DNA from: Spirochaetia bacterium
GTDB lineage: Bacteria > Spirochaetota > Spirochaetia > SZUA-6 > Bin103
Direction of reading: 5' to 3'
Length of the DNA stretch: 64,000 nucleotides
Assembly (NCBI GenBank): GCA_965208575.1
Contig: CBDBOV010000003.1
Coordinates: 64,001-128,000, forward strand
Under the pieces are notes generated by a model. That model saw nothing but the letters and a program-made list of their open reading frames with translations. It was not told the DNA's origin and did not search any database. Positions within the stretch are counted from its first letter, which is position 1, and each line of letters begins with the position of its first letter. The position numbers were made by a program, and so were the translations under genes. Below, piece after piece: positions 1 to 9,146 of the stretch.

Positions 1-324
1 TTTGCTCTGCACCCAGGTGAGCAGGCGCGGCCACTCGGTGCGCACGATCTGCGCGCCTTCCTCCACTTCGGCGATGATCAGGCTGGCAAGCAGCGCTACC
101 GGCCCGGAGCCGACCAGCACCAGGCCGACGATGATCAGCACCGTGGCCTTGCCGCGCTTCATGCCGTGGCGGGTGAGCCAGCCCACCGGGTGGCGCAGCA
201 CCAGCGCCAGGATCACGGCGATCACGACCGCCACCAGCAGCGGCACCAGCAGGCGGACGAACGCCGCGCTGAGAGCGACCAGCATCACGATGAAGAAGGC
301 GTCCTGTATCTGCTTGCGTTGCAC
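1..324 (-). CDS. AI-2E family transporter-like membrane protein (5' part; runs off window)
   Basis: Manual minus-strand translation from GTG 324: [65 protein letters not shown]..., the hydrophobic N-terminus pattern of AI-2E/PerM proteins. Confidence 0.7.
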   Translation of the reverse strand, partial: MQRKQIQDAFFIVMLVALSAAFVRLLVPLLVAVVIAVILALVLRHPVGWLTRHGMKRGKATVLIIVGLVLVGSGPVALLASLIIAEVEEGAQIVRTEWPRLLTWVQSK

Positions 325-404
325 GGCGACGGGGCACTCTGATACGGCGCGCCGAAAATGTCGAGCCCGCGCGCCGGGCACGGCGGGGCCGGATCGGGAT
401 CGGC

Positions 405-743
405 TCAGGCCTGGTAGTAGACGCGCTGCATCTGCTTCCAGGTGGGTTCGCCGGGGAACGGGATCTGCATCGGGCCGCAGGTGGCCAGCCACTGGCGGTT
501 GCGCGGCTCGGCGGCCAGGCGCGCCATGTCGGCGTCGTAGTCGTCGCCGTCGTACTCGTAGTAGCCGAACAGGTAGTGGTTGCCGTCCGGGAACTGCTGC
601 AGGTAGATGGAGAAGTTGCGCATGTGCGCGGCGGCGATCAGGTCGCGCACGCCGGGATGATGGTCGGCGTGCAGGCCTTGGTACTCGGCGAGTTTCTCCG
701 GCCTGATTCCGATTACCATGCCGAAGCGTTGTATCTGACCCAT
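405..743 (-). CDS. rhaM: L-rhamnose mutarotase
   Basis: 112 aa; EY..LH...[14 protein letters not shown] and W..M..VY motifs; divergent from rhamnose isomerase. Confidence 0.85.
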   Translation of the reverse strand: MGQIQRFGMVIGIRPEKLAEYQGLHADHHPGVRDLIAAAHMRNFSIYLQQFPDGNHYLFGYYEYDGDDYDADMARLAAEPRNRQWLATCGPMQIPFPGEPTWKQMQRVYYQA

Positions 744-986
744 GTCCGGTTGCGTAGCCGGTGCGGGCCGCGGCCGTCAAGCGCGGCGTGGACGGGGGCG
801 GCAGGGGCAGGGCGGTGCGTCAGGCGATGCGCGGGCAGGCGAAGGTGCGCGGGGGCGGGCCGCGCGCGCATGGCAGGGCAGGGAAGGGCATGGCGCGGCG
901 GCGACGCGTGGGGCGGCCGGGCCCAGGCGGCGTGCGTGCGGCGAGTGGCGTGGACGCGGCGGGGGCACTTTCTGCATGCTGATCCC

Positions 987-2195
987 ATGGATGCATATCA
1001 GCGGCTGGCGGACGACCTCGCCGCCTCCGGCGTGGACGTGGATGCGGTCAAGGAGAAGCTCGCGGCGCAGGCGATCGAGACGCCCTCCTGGGGCTACGGC
1101 AACAGCGGCACCCGATTCAAGGTGTTCCCGTGGCCGGGAGCGCCGCGCAACGTCTACGAGAAGCTGGACGATGCCGCCTACATCCACCGCCTGACAGGCG
1201 CGGCGCCTACCGTGGCGCTGCACATTCCGTGGGACCGGGTGGACGACTGGCCGGCGCTCGGGCAGTACGCGCAGGAGCGCGGCGTCGGCATCGGAGCGAT
1301 CAATCCCAACGTGTTCCAGGACGAGATCTACCAGCTCGGCAGCGTGTGTCATCCGCAGGCGGCGGTGCGCGAGCGCGCGGTGGCGCACATGGTCGACTGC
1401 TGCGCGGTGATGAAGGCGACCGGCAGCGGCCTGCTCAGCGTGTGGCTCGCCGACGGCACCAACTACGCCGGCCAGGACAGCATGAGCGACCGCAAGGCGC
1501 GGCTGGAGCGGGCGCTGGCGGAGGTGTACGCCCACCTGCCGGACGGCGCGCGCATGCTGGTCGAGTACAAGTTCTTCGAGCCCGGTTTCTATCATACCGA
1601 CCTGGCCGACTGGGGCATCGCCTACGCCACCGCATTGAAGCTCGGGCCGAGTGCCGAGGTGCTGGTCGACACCGGCCACCACGCGCTGTCCACCAACATC
1701 GCGCATATCGTCAGCTACCTGCTTGCCGAGGGCCGGCTCGGCGGCTTCCATTTCAACTCCCGCCGCTACGCCGACGACGACCTGATCGTCGGCAGCGGCA
1801 ACCCGTTCGAGCTGTTCGAGATTTTCTGCGAGCTGGTCAGCGCCGGCGACGCGGCGGCGAACGTGGCCTACATGATCGACCAGAGCCACAACATCGAGCC
1901 CAAGCTGGAGGCGATGCTGGTCAGCGTGCTCAACTGCCAGTCCGCCTATGCCAAGGCGCTGATCGTCGACTACCCGCTGCTGCGCGAGCGGCAGGCGGCC
2001 GGCGACGTGCTCGGCGCCCACCGGGTGTACGTGGACGCGTTCGAATCCGACGTGCGGCCGCTGCTGGCGCAGGTGCGGCGGGAGCAGGACCTGCCGCCCG
2101 ATCCGCTCGCCGCGCTGCGCGCCGACGACTACGCCGCCCGCGTCGCCGCCGAACGCGGCACCGCCGAAACGGGCGGCGGCGGGTATCCGGGCTAG
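987..2195 (+). CDS. rhaI: L-rhamnose isomerase (RhaI type)
   Basis: [49 protein letters not shown] motifs; start ATG 987. Confidence 0.9.
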   Translation: MDAYQRLADDLAASGVDVDAVKEKLAAQAIETPSWGYGNSGTRFKVFPWPGAPRNVYEKLDDAAYIHRLTGAAPTVALHIPWDRVDDWPALGQYAQERGVGIGAINPNVFQDEIYQLGSVCHPQAAVRERAVAHMVDCCAVMKATGSGLLSVWLADGTNYAGQDSMSDRKARLERALAEVYAHLPDGARMLVEYKFFEPGFYHTDLADWGIAYATALKLGPSAEVLVDTGHHALSTNIAHIVSYLLAEGRLGGFHFNSRRYADDDLIVGSGNPFELFEIFCELVSAGDAAANVAYMIDQSHNIEPKLEAMLVSVLNCQSAYAKALIVDYPLLRERQAAGDVLGAHRVYVDAFESDVRPLLAQVRREQDLPPDPLAALRADDYAARVAAERGTAETGGGGYPG

Positions 2196-2421
2196 CAGGC
2201 CGCGGCGGAACCCGGTGTCGCGCCGAGAGCGGCCAGCCGGGATGGATCGCTGCTCGAATGCAACTGGAGTTGCGCCACGAGCTGCGAGCTGCCGTCTTGC
2301 AGCGGCCTGCCCCCGAGACGTGCCGGCAGCGCGCGCCGCTGCGCCGGTTGTCCGTTCCATCCGGCGCCGACTGCCCGCGGGCAGCGCCGGCGGGCGCCGG
2401 CTCCGGTACGCCGCTCCCCGG

Positions 2422-2841
2422 TCAGTCGGGGGCGCCGGGGGTGTCTTCGCCGGCGCTGGTGAAGGCGGCGATCGCCGCCACCGCGGCCACCAGCGCGTTG
2501 ATGGCGAGCCAGCCGCGTTCGTCGGCCAGGGTGTCCGCGAACAACACCCCGAAGAACGGGTAGATGATGGCCGGCGCGCTGCTGAACAGCTCGATGGCGA
2601 GCCGGATCGCCACCGCGGCGCCCGCTCCGATGGTGGCGCCGGTAGCCAGCAGTTGGCTGATCGGGCCGCTCTCCTCCAGCCACGAGGTGAGCATCAGCAG
2701 GGCCACAGGCACGGCCGCCGAGTAGAATACGAACAGTCCGCGGCTCTGCTCGCCGAACAACTCGACTTCCAGGCCCGGGAGGTTAAACGCCAACACGCCG
2801 GCCACGACCCCCATTATCGCAACCAGTCCGAGCCGCAGCAT
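2422..2841 (-). CDS. Hypothetical membrane protein (about 4-5 TM segments)
   Basis: Hydrophobic ORF MLRLGLVAIMGVVAGVLAF...; GC3-rich codons; start uncertain. Confidence 0.6.
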   Translation of the reverse strand: MLRLGLVAIMGVVAGVLAFNLPGLEVELFGEQSRGLFVFYSAAVPVALLMLTSWLEESGPISQLLATGATIGAGAAVAIRLAIELFSSAPAIIYPFFGVLFADTLADERGWLAINALVAAVAAIAAFTSAGEDTPGAPD

Positions 2842-2945
2842 GGCGCCATCCTGCACCGTACGGCACGGCCAGGAAAAGCCCGCCGGCGGACCGGGCGGGT
2901 GAAACGGAGGGCGCCAATCTGGTAGGGTGGCGCCCGTCAAGAGCG

Positions 2946-5642
2946 ATGTTCACCAAGACCGACAAGACCGCGCGCCAGATCCGCCAGGACTTTTTCGACT
3001 ATTTCGTGGAACGCGAGCACACGCTGGTGCCGAGCGCGCCGGTGGTGCCGGCCGACGACCCGACGCTGCTGTTCACCAATGCCGGCATGAACCAGTTCAA
3101 GGACGTGTTCCTGGGCACCGGCACGCGTGGCTACCGGCGCGCCGTGGACACCCAGAAGTGCATCCGCGTGAGCGGCAAGCACAACGACCTGGAAGAGGTG
3201 GGCCGCGACACCTACCACCACACCTACTTCGAGATGCTCGGCAACTGGTCGTTCGGCGACTACTTCAAGGCGGAGGCGATCGCCTGGGCGTGGGACCTGC
3301 TCACCCGCGTGTGGGGCCTGCCCAAGGAGCGCCTGTACGCCACCGTGTTCGCCGGCGACGAGGGCGACGGCCTGCCCGCCGACGACGAGGCGGAGCGGCT
3401 GTGGCGCGGCGCGACCGACATCAACCCGGATCACGTACTGCGCTTCGGCAAGAAGGACAACTTCTGGGAGATGGCGGACACCGGCCCATGCGGGCCCAAC
3501 TCGGAGATTCACGTGGACCTGACGCCGGACGGCTCCGGCGGCGGCCTGGTGAATGCCGATGACCCGCGCGTCATGGAGATATGGAACCTCGTGTTCATCC
3601 AGTTCAACCGCACCGCGAGCGGCGTGCTGGAGCCGCTGCCGGCACAGCACGTGGACACCGGCATGGGCTTCGAGCGCATCGTGGCGGTGCTGCAGTGCAC
3701 GGACAACTACGGCACCGACGTGTTCACGCCGCTGATGGACCGCATCGGCGACCTGGCCGGGCAGCGCTACGCCGCCGCCGAGGCCGAGCGGCAGGTGGCG
3801 TTCCGGGTGGTGGCCGACCACGTGCGCATGCTGAGCTTCTCGATCGCCGACGGCGCGCTGCCCTCCAACGAGGGCCGCGGCTACGTGCTGCGCCGCCTGC
3901 TGCGCCGCGCCGCCCGCTACGGCCGCCTGCTGGACATGACCGAGCCGTTCGTGCACCGGCTGGTGGCGACGGTGGCGGAGATGCACGCCGCCGAGTTCCC
4001 GGAGGTGGCGGCGCGCGCCGACTACATCGCCGAGGTGATCAAGGCGGAGGAGGCCAGCTTCGGGCGCACCCTCGGGCGCGGACTGGAGATCTTCGCCGGC
4101 ATCGCAAGCCAGGCGGAGGCGGACGGCAAGGACGCGGTGCCGGGCGGCCAGGCATTCCGCCTGTACGACACCTACGGGTTTCCGCTCGACCTGACCCGCA
4201 TGCTGGCCGAGGAGCGCGGCCTGGGCGTGGACGAGGCCGGTTTCGACACCGCCATGGAACAGCAGCGCGAGCGCGCGAGGCGCGCCGGCAAGTTTGCGGC
4301 CGGCGGCGTGGAGGCCTCCGAGTGGGTGCCGGTGCACGCGCTCGAACGGCAGCGGTTTGTCGGCTACGAGCAGCTCGAGGTGACCACGCTCGTGCACAGG
4401 TGGGCGGTCAAGGACGGCCTCTGCCACGTGGTGCTGGCCGAGACGCCGTTCTATGCCGAGGCCGGCGGCCAGGTGGGCGACCGCGGCGCCATCACATTCG
4501 GCGAGGGCAATGGCGCATTGACCCTGACCGTGGAGGACACGCAGCGCGACGGCGACCTTGTCCTCTGCCGCTGCCCGCTGCCGGAAGGCGCCGCCGCGGA
4601 CCGCCTCGCGGACGCGGACTGGAGCGCGCCGGTCACCGCCCGGGTCGACGCTGCACGGCGCGCGCCGACCACCTCCAACCACACCGCCACCCACCTCCTG
4701 CACATGGCGCTGCGCCGCATCCTGGGCGACCACGTGCACCAGGCGGGCTCGCTGGTGGCCCCGGACCACTTGCGCTTCGACTTCACCCATTGGCAGCGCG
4801 TGGAGCCGGAGCAGCTCGCCGAGCTCGAGCGCATCGTCAACGGCGTGGTGTGCGACGACCACGAGGTGGACTACTTCACCACCGCCTTCGACGACGCGCA
4901 GCGCCTGGGAGCCATGGCGCTGTTCGGCGAGAAGTACGGCGACACGGTGCGCGTGGTGCGCATCGGCGGCGAGCAGCGTCCGGTAAGCCTGGAGCTGTGC
5001 GGCGGCTGCCACGTGCGCCGCACCGGCCAGATCGGGCAGTTCGTGATCAGCTCCGAGGGCAGCATCGCCAGCGGCGTGCGCCGCATCGAGGCGCGCACCG
5101 GCGGCGCCGCGGTGCAGGCGATGCAGGAGCAGCGGGCCTCCCTGCAGCAGGTGAGCGCGCTGCTCGGCGGCGGCACCGGCGAGGCCGCGCAGCGCACCGG
5201 CGAACTGGTACAGCACGCCCGCGAACTGGAAAAGCGCGTCAAGGCGCTGGAGGCCGAGCAGAGCACGCAGCAGGCGCGCGTGCTGGCCGCCGAGGCAGAG
5301 GAGGTCGGCGGCGTGCGACTCATCCTGCGCGCCTTCGACGACCAGCAGCCCGCCGCGCTCAAGAATCTGGCCGAGCGGCTGGCTAGCGAAGCGTCCGGTA
5401 CCGTGGCGTTCCTGGCATCCACCCGGGGCGGCAGATTGGCAATCGCCTGCGCGGTAAGCTCCGATCTGGCCAGCCGGGACGGTGGCCTTTCCGCAGCCGT
5501 CCTTGCCAAGGAAGCCGCGGAAGTGGCAGGCGGCGGCGGCGGCGGGCGACCCACGCTCGCCACCGCCGGCGCAAGAGAGACGGCCGACCTCGACGCAGTG
5601 CTCACCAGCGTCCGTGACCACGTTGCCGCGGCGCGCGGCTGA
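2946..5642 (+). CDS. alaS: Alanine--tRNA ligase
   Basis: DPTLLFTNAGMNQFK, HHTYFEMLGNWSFGDYFK, GPCGPNSEI, DTGMGFER, editing NHTATHLLH and ELCGGCHV, C-terminal GGGGGGRP. Confidence 0.99.
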   Translation: MFTKTDKTARQIRQDFFDYFVEREHTLVPSAPVVPADDPTLLFTNAGMNQFKDVFLGTGTRGYRRAVDTQKCIRVSGKHNDLEEVGRDTYHHTYFEMLGNWSFGDYFKAEAIAWAWDLLTRVWGLPKERLYATVFAGDEGDGLPADDEAERLWRGATDINPDHVLRFGKKDNFWEMADTGPCGPNSEIHVDLTPDGSGGGLVNADDPRVMEIWNLVFIQFNRTASGVLEPLPAQHVDTGMGFERIVAVLQCTDNYGTDVFTPLMDRIGDLAGQRYAAAEAERQVAFRVVADHVRMLSFSIADGALPSNEGRGYVLRRLLRRAARYGRLLDMTEPFVHRLVATVAEMHAAEFPEVAARADYIAEVIKAEEASFGRTLGRGLEIFAGIASQAEADGKDAVPGGQAFRLYDTYGFPLDLTRMLAEERGLGVDEAGFDTAMEQQRERARRAGKFAAGGVEASEWVPVHALERQRFVGYEQLEVTTLVHRWAVKDGLCHVVLAETPFYAEAGGQVGDRGAITFGEGNGALTLTVEDTQRDGDLVLCRCPLPEGAAADRLADADWSAPVTARVDAARRAPTTSNHTATHLLHMALRRILGDHVHQAGSLVAPDHLRFDFTHWQRVEPEQLAELERIVNGVVCDDHEVDYFTTAFDDAQRLGAMALFGEKYGDTVRVVRIGGEQRPVSLELCGGCHVRRTGQIGQFVISSEGSIASGVRRIEARTGGAAVQAMQEQRASLQQVSALLGGGTGEAAQRTGELVQHARELEKRVKALEAEQSTQQARVLAAEAEEVGGVRLILRAFDDQQPAALKNLAERLASEASGTVAFLASTRGGRLAIACAVSSDLASRDGGLSAAVLAKEAAEVAGGGGGGRPTLATAGARETADLDAVLTSVRDHVAAARG

Positions 5643-5818
5643 TGTAGTGCGACGGGCCCGGCGCAGCTCACGGAAGATGAGAGTAAATTGTTAATCATTA
5701 AATAAATATGGGAAGTCGTCAGGGACAACCGAGGTTGGTTGACAACGCGGAGAATGCGCTCGTACATTCAATTGCTACTTGAGTTCGCAGGTGTATCTGT
5801 GAGTGGTGAGAATTCAGC

Positions 5819-6346
5819 GTGAGTAACACAGGGCAAAACAACGATTCATGGCGGCCTGCCGGGAAAGAGTGGCCACTGCTGTTCTCGTACCGAGCGCAGT
5901 TGAAGGTTAAGGGATCACTTGTTCTCATTGAGCTATCGGGTCGCGCTACCGCGTACGTGGATAGGGGTGGCGCTGTTTGGATGGACGGCGTATACCCGGG
6001 AGCATTCACTGCGGCTGGCGATAGTCTGGAGCACGCGGAGGCAGACCTTCGATCGACTCTGACGGAGGTCTTTCTCGATATTGCACACGAGAGCAACGAT
6101 GTAGCCGAGTTTACTTGTCAAGCGGAGGATTTCCTCCGTGCGACCGATGACGACACCGTCGCGGAGTGGAACAGTGCTCTGGCAAGAGTGCGTAGGAGCA
6201 GCGGGGTAGCGGTTGCCGGATTGCAGCGCCGATCCGCAGATGAGCACCAGCCGTCTGTCCAGGTTACCGGCGGGCCTCCCCAAGCCGATGCTCCGCTGCT
6301 GTTGCCTGAAAAACCAGAATCCTTGGAGCTTACAGCCGCCGCTTGA
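5819..6346 (+). CDS. HicB-like antitoxin / hypothetical protein
   Basis: PGAFTAAGDSLEHAEADLRSTL resembles the HicB partial RNase H fold motif; lower-GC islet after alaS; start uncertain. Confidence 0.5.
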   Translation: MSNTGQNNDSWRPAGKEWPLLFSYRAQLKVKGSLVLIELSGRATAYVDRGGAVWMDGVYPGAFTAAGDSLEHAEADLRSTLTEVFLDIAHESNDVAEFTCQAEDFLRATDDDTVAEWNSALARVRRSSGVAVAGLQRRSADEHQPSVQVTGGPPQADAPLLLPEKPESLELTAAA

Positions 6347-6347
6347 G

Positions 6348-6600
6348 ATGCCCCAGGTTCGAGAGAGTAGCGTGTTGGCAGCGCTGGATCAGTGCGCCCC
6401 CGGAGCGACCGTGGAAACCAAGCGCCACAGGAAGTGGGTCATGGTCGCTGGCAAGACCTATCGAGGGTTCCCGAGAGGTGGGCATGGCGAGAAGAACCCT
6501 GAAGTCGAACTTGGCCACGTCAGTAATTGGCCACGTCAGGAAACTGGGGCGATTCTTCGACATCCTCGACTGCCTGAAGCGAATCATCTCTGGCCTCTGA
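6348..6600 (+). pseudogene. HicA-like toxin frameshifted by a 16-bp tandem duplication
   Basis: TTGGCCACGTCAG at 6511-6523 and 6527-6539; removing 16 bp gives a 78-aa ORF ...FPRGGHGEKNPEVELGHVRKLGRFFDILDCLKRIISGL*. Confidence 0.55.
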
Positions 6601-6669
6601 GGGAACCGCGGCGCGGCGCTTGGCGGACGGTGGGTGAATGTAGCATATTCCAGCACCGGAGCAATTTGC

Positions 6670-6909
6670 ATGTCACGAGTCTGTAAGATCACCGGCAAGC
6701 GGCCGATGGCCGGCAACAACGTGTCCAAGGCACACAACAAGACGCGGCGGGTGCAGCGGCCCAACCTGCAGCGCAAGCGCATCTACCTCCCGGAGGAGGG
6801 CCGCACCGTTACCCTGCGGCTGTCGGCGCGCGCCCTGCGCACCGTGGACCGCAAGGGCCTGATGAACTACCTGCGCGACGAGGGGCTGGAGCTCCGCGAC
6901 GTGACCTGA
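6670..6909 (+). CDS. rpmB: 50S ribosomal protein L28
   Basis: MSRVCKITGKRPMAGNNVSKAHNKTRRVQRPNLQ. Confidence 0.97.
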   Translation: MSRVCKITGKRPMAGNNVSKAHNKTRRVQRPNLQRKRIYLPEEGRTVTLRLSARALRTVDRKGLMNYLRDEGLELRDVT

Positions 6910-7472
6910 TGGCCGGTTCCACCGAGGCGCGCATCGGCATCATCAACGTTTCCGACCGCGCCGCCGCCGGCATCTACGAGGACACGCCGGGCAAGGCGGT
7001 GGTCGCCGCGCTCGGCGAGTACCTGCTGTCTCCCTGGAGCAGCGAGTACCGCGTCATTCCCGACGAGCGCGATCAGCTCACCGCGGCCATGATCGAGATG
7101 GCCGACGACAAGGGCTGCTGCCTGGTGGTCACCACCGGCGGCACCGGCCCGGCGGTGCGCGACGTTACCCCGGAGGCCACCGAGGATGCGTGCGAGAAGA
7201 TGCTGCCCGGGTTCGGCGAGCTGATGCGCCAGGTCAGCCTGCAGTACGTACCGACCGCCATCCTGTCGCGGCAGACCGCCGGCGTGCGCGGCGCTACCCT
7301 GATCGTGAACCTGCCCGGGCGCCCGCGCGCCATCCGCCAGTGCCTGGACGCGGTGTTCCCGGCGATCCCCTACTGCGTCGACCTGGTCGGCGGTCCGCGC
7401 CTGGAGGTGAATCCCAACGTGGTCAAGGCATTCCGCCCCGGCGAGGGCAAGCCGTCCGAAGCTCGCTCCTGA
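6909..7472 (+). CDS. mog: Molybdopterin adenylyltransferase
   Basis: VSDRA, TTGGTGPAVRDVTPEAT, PGFGELMR, LSRQTAG, NLPGRP. Confidence 0.95.
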   Translation: MAGSTEARIGIINVSDRAAAGIYEDTPGKAVVAALGEYLLSPWSSEYRVIPDERDQLTAAMIEMADDKGCCLVVTTGGTGPAVRDVTPEATEDACEKMLPGFGELMRQVSLQYVPTAILSRQTAGVRGATLIVNLPGRPRAIRQCLDAVFPAIPYCVDLVGGPRLEVNPNVVKAFRPGEGKPSEARS

Positions 7473-7482
7473 GAAACAACAA

Positions 7483-8871
7483 TCAGGCGGCCTCCGGGAC
7501 AAGCTCATAACCGAGTGCGTGTGCCTGCCTTCGGAGCCGGCGTTCAAAGCGGCGCCGGTCCTGGCGCTCCTCGGCGGCGAGGATGCTGTCATCGTAGGCC
7601 ACGCGATGCGTGATCAGATGGTAGATGATCCGAGCCAGTTTATGCGCGACTGCAGTGGTCGCTTCGGGAGTACCCAGACGCGCCCGCATGCGGCGGAAGT
7701 GCTGGCCCAGGGCCGATGGGCTGCGGTACAACGACTGGGTCGCCCAGTGCAGCGCCTGGGCGGCCCGATTGGTGCCCCGACCGGTGTGCGAGCTGATGAT
7801 CTTGCCGCCGGTGATCTGGTTGTGGGGGCACAGGTGCAGCCAGGAGGCGAATTGCGGTGCGGTCGGAAAGCGGGACAGTTCCGGGCCGAGTTCGGTGAAC
7901 AGAACCAGCGCCGTACTTTCGCCGATGCCGGGAATCAGCGTCAGGTCAGTGCCGAACAGGTGCGTAAGGTGGCCGCGCAGGTCGAACCGCTTGGCCGGTG
8001 ACTCGGTTGGCGCCTCGGGCTCCGCATCGATTCCCTCATCCGGTGGGTCGTCGCCCACCGCGCCGGGTGGCTCGCTGCTGGCTTCGAACGCGCGGATGCC
8101 GGCTTCGATTTCCTGATCGCACTCCGTGATGAGTTGTTGGTAGTGGGCATAGGTCGCTCGCGCGTGCCGCAACGCCAACAGGTGCTCGGCGCGCCAGTCG
8201 CCCTGCAGCGCCTTGATCAAGGTCTCGCGGCTGGCTTTGATCCGCCGGTCGGCCAGAGCGGCCAACCGCGCCGGATCCCGCTCACCCGCCAGGATAGCGT
8301 CCGTAATGGCCAGACCGGTCGTCCCCGTCAGGTCAGAGATGGCATGGTGCAGATGCACGTTCATCTGGCTGTACGCCTTCTGCATGTGCAACACGCTGCG
8401 CGACGCCATCTTGATCAAGGTGTCGCGATGGCGCAGCACCGAGCGCAGTGCACACACCTCGTCGGCAGGGCGGAATGAGCCGCGCAGCAATCCCACCGAG
8501 TGCAGGTAGCGCAACCACTCGCAGTCGGCCACGTCGGACTTCCGACCGGGTACCGAGTGCACGTGACGCGCATTCACCAGCACCACGTCGAAGCCGTGTG
8601 CCTCCAGGATCTGATACACCGGAATCCAGTACACACCGGTGGACTCCATCGCCACCGTGGTGACCTCGCATTCCTTGAGCCAGTCGGCCAAGGCGTGCAG
8701 GTCCGCGGTGAACGTAGCAAAGTTCCGGATCGGGTCCGGGTCGCGCTCCGGGCGCACAGCCGCGTACACCTCGGTAGCGCCTATGTCCAAGCCGGCAGCG
8801 TCCGGGTGCATCACCTTTGGTTGCGCTGTGCGACTGCCCTTGCCCTTGCGTCTGTGTCTGCGTCGTGCCAT
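7483..8871 (-). CDS. IS110 family transposase/recombinase
   Basis: DEDD RuvC-like motifs GLDIG, AMESTG, GRKSDVADC; C-terminal LIPGIG...ITGGK and AVAHKLARIIY; RBS GGAGG before ATG 8871. Confidence 0.95.
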   Translation of the reverse strand: MARRRHRRKGKGSRTAQPKVMHPDAAGLDIGATEVYAAVRPERDPDPIRNFATFTADLHALADWLKECEVTTVAMESTGVYWIPVYQILEAHGFDVVLVNARHVHSVPGRKSDVADCEWLRYLHSVGLLRGSFRPADEVCALRSVLRHRDTLIKMASRSVLHMQKAYSQMNVHLHHAISDLTGTTGLAITDAILAGERDPARLAALADRRIKASRETLIKALQGDWRAEHLLALRHARATYAHYQQLITECDQEIEAGIRAFEASSEPPGAVGDDPPDEGIDAEPEAPTESPAKRFDLRGHLTHLFGTDLTLIPGIGESTALVLFTELGPELSRFPTAPQFASWLHLCPHNQITGGKIISSHTGRGTNRAAQALHWATQSLYRSPSALGQHFRRMRARLGTPEATTAVAHKLARIIYHLITHRVAYDDSILAAEERQDRRRFERRLRRQAHALGYELVPEAA

Positions 8872-8879
8872 GAAACCTC

Positions 8880-9100
8880 CGCTACGACTGAGTGGTGCGG
8901 CCAAGGCGTGTGTAGCAGGTATTCTCCTGAACGGGATGATCGCCACCCGGCCGCGCCGGCTGACAACCTCACCAATGACTACGCCACCCGCCCCGGGGCC
9001 AAGCTCTTGAACGGGTTCGCAGAACGTAACGCCAGTGACGCGCCGGCCTACTTTCGCGCTCCACCCAGAACTCTGCCCACACTATAGCTCACCCTTGTTT
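8880..9100 (+). ncRNA. Candidate IS110 bridge RNA (boundaries approximate)
   Basis: CTCCTGA 8924-8930 matches target flank 7466-7472; AGCTCTTGA 9002-9010 matches element end 9137-9145; each is followed by ACGGG and later CGCGCCGGC. Confidence 0.55.
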
Positions 9101-9146
9101 CTTTCATGACTGCGCCGGCCCAGGGGCCGGTGGGATAGCTCTTGAG

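Larger units (their letters stand above)
7474..9146 (-). mobile_element. IS110-family insertion sequence
   Basis: Recombinase gene plus ~270-bp non-coding end; TGAG at both junctions (7470-7473, 9143-9146); no terminal inverted repeats; excision leaves the mog stop 1 bp from the convergent stop. Confidence 0.85.

Noticed and set aside
576-986. Long N-terminal extensions in the ORF track (also the 620-aa dehydratase, 698-aa MFS and 937-aa xth calls)
   Set aside because: Upstream parts overlap other real genes; family motifs begin at the downstream starts used here
2937-5621. Long antisense and alternate-frame ORFs, here and throughout (e.g. 12670-14895, 30586-32301, 61713-63806)
   Set aside because: Shadow ORFs expected at high GC opposite real genes; Arg/Ala/Pro-rich with no family motifs
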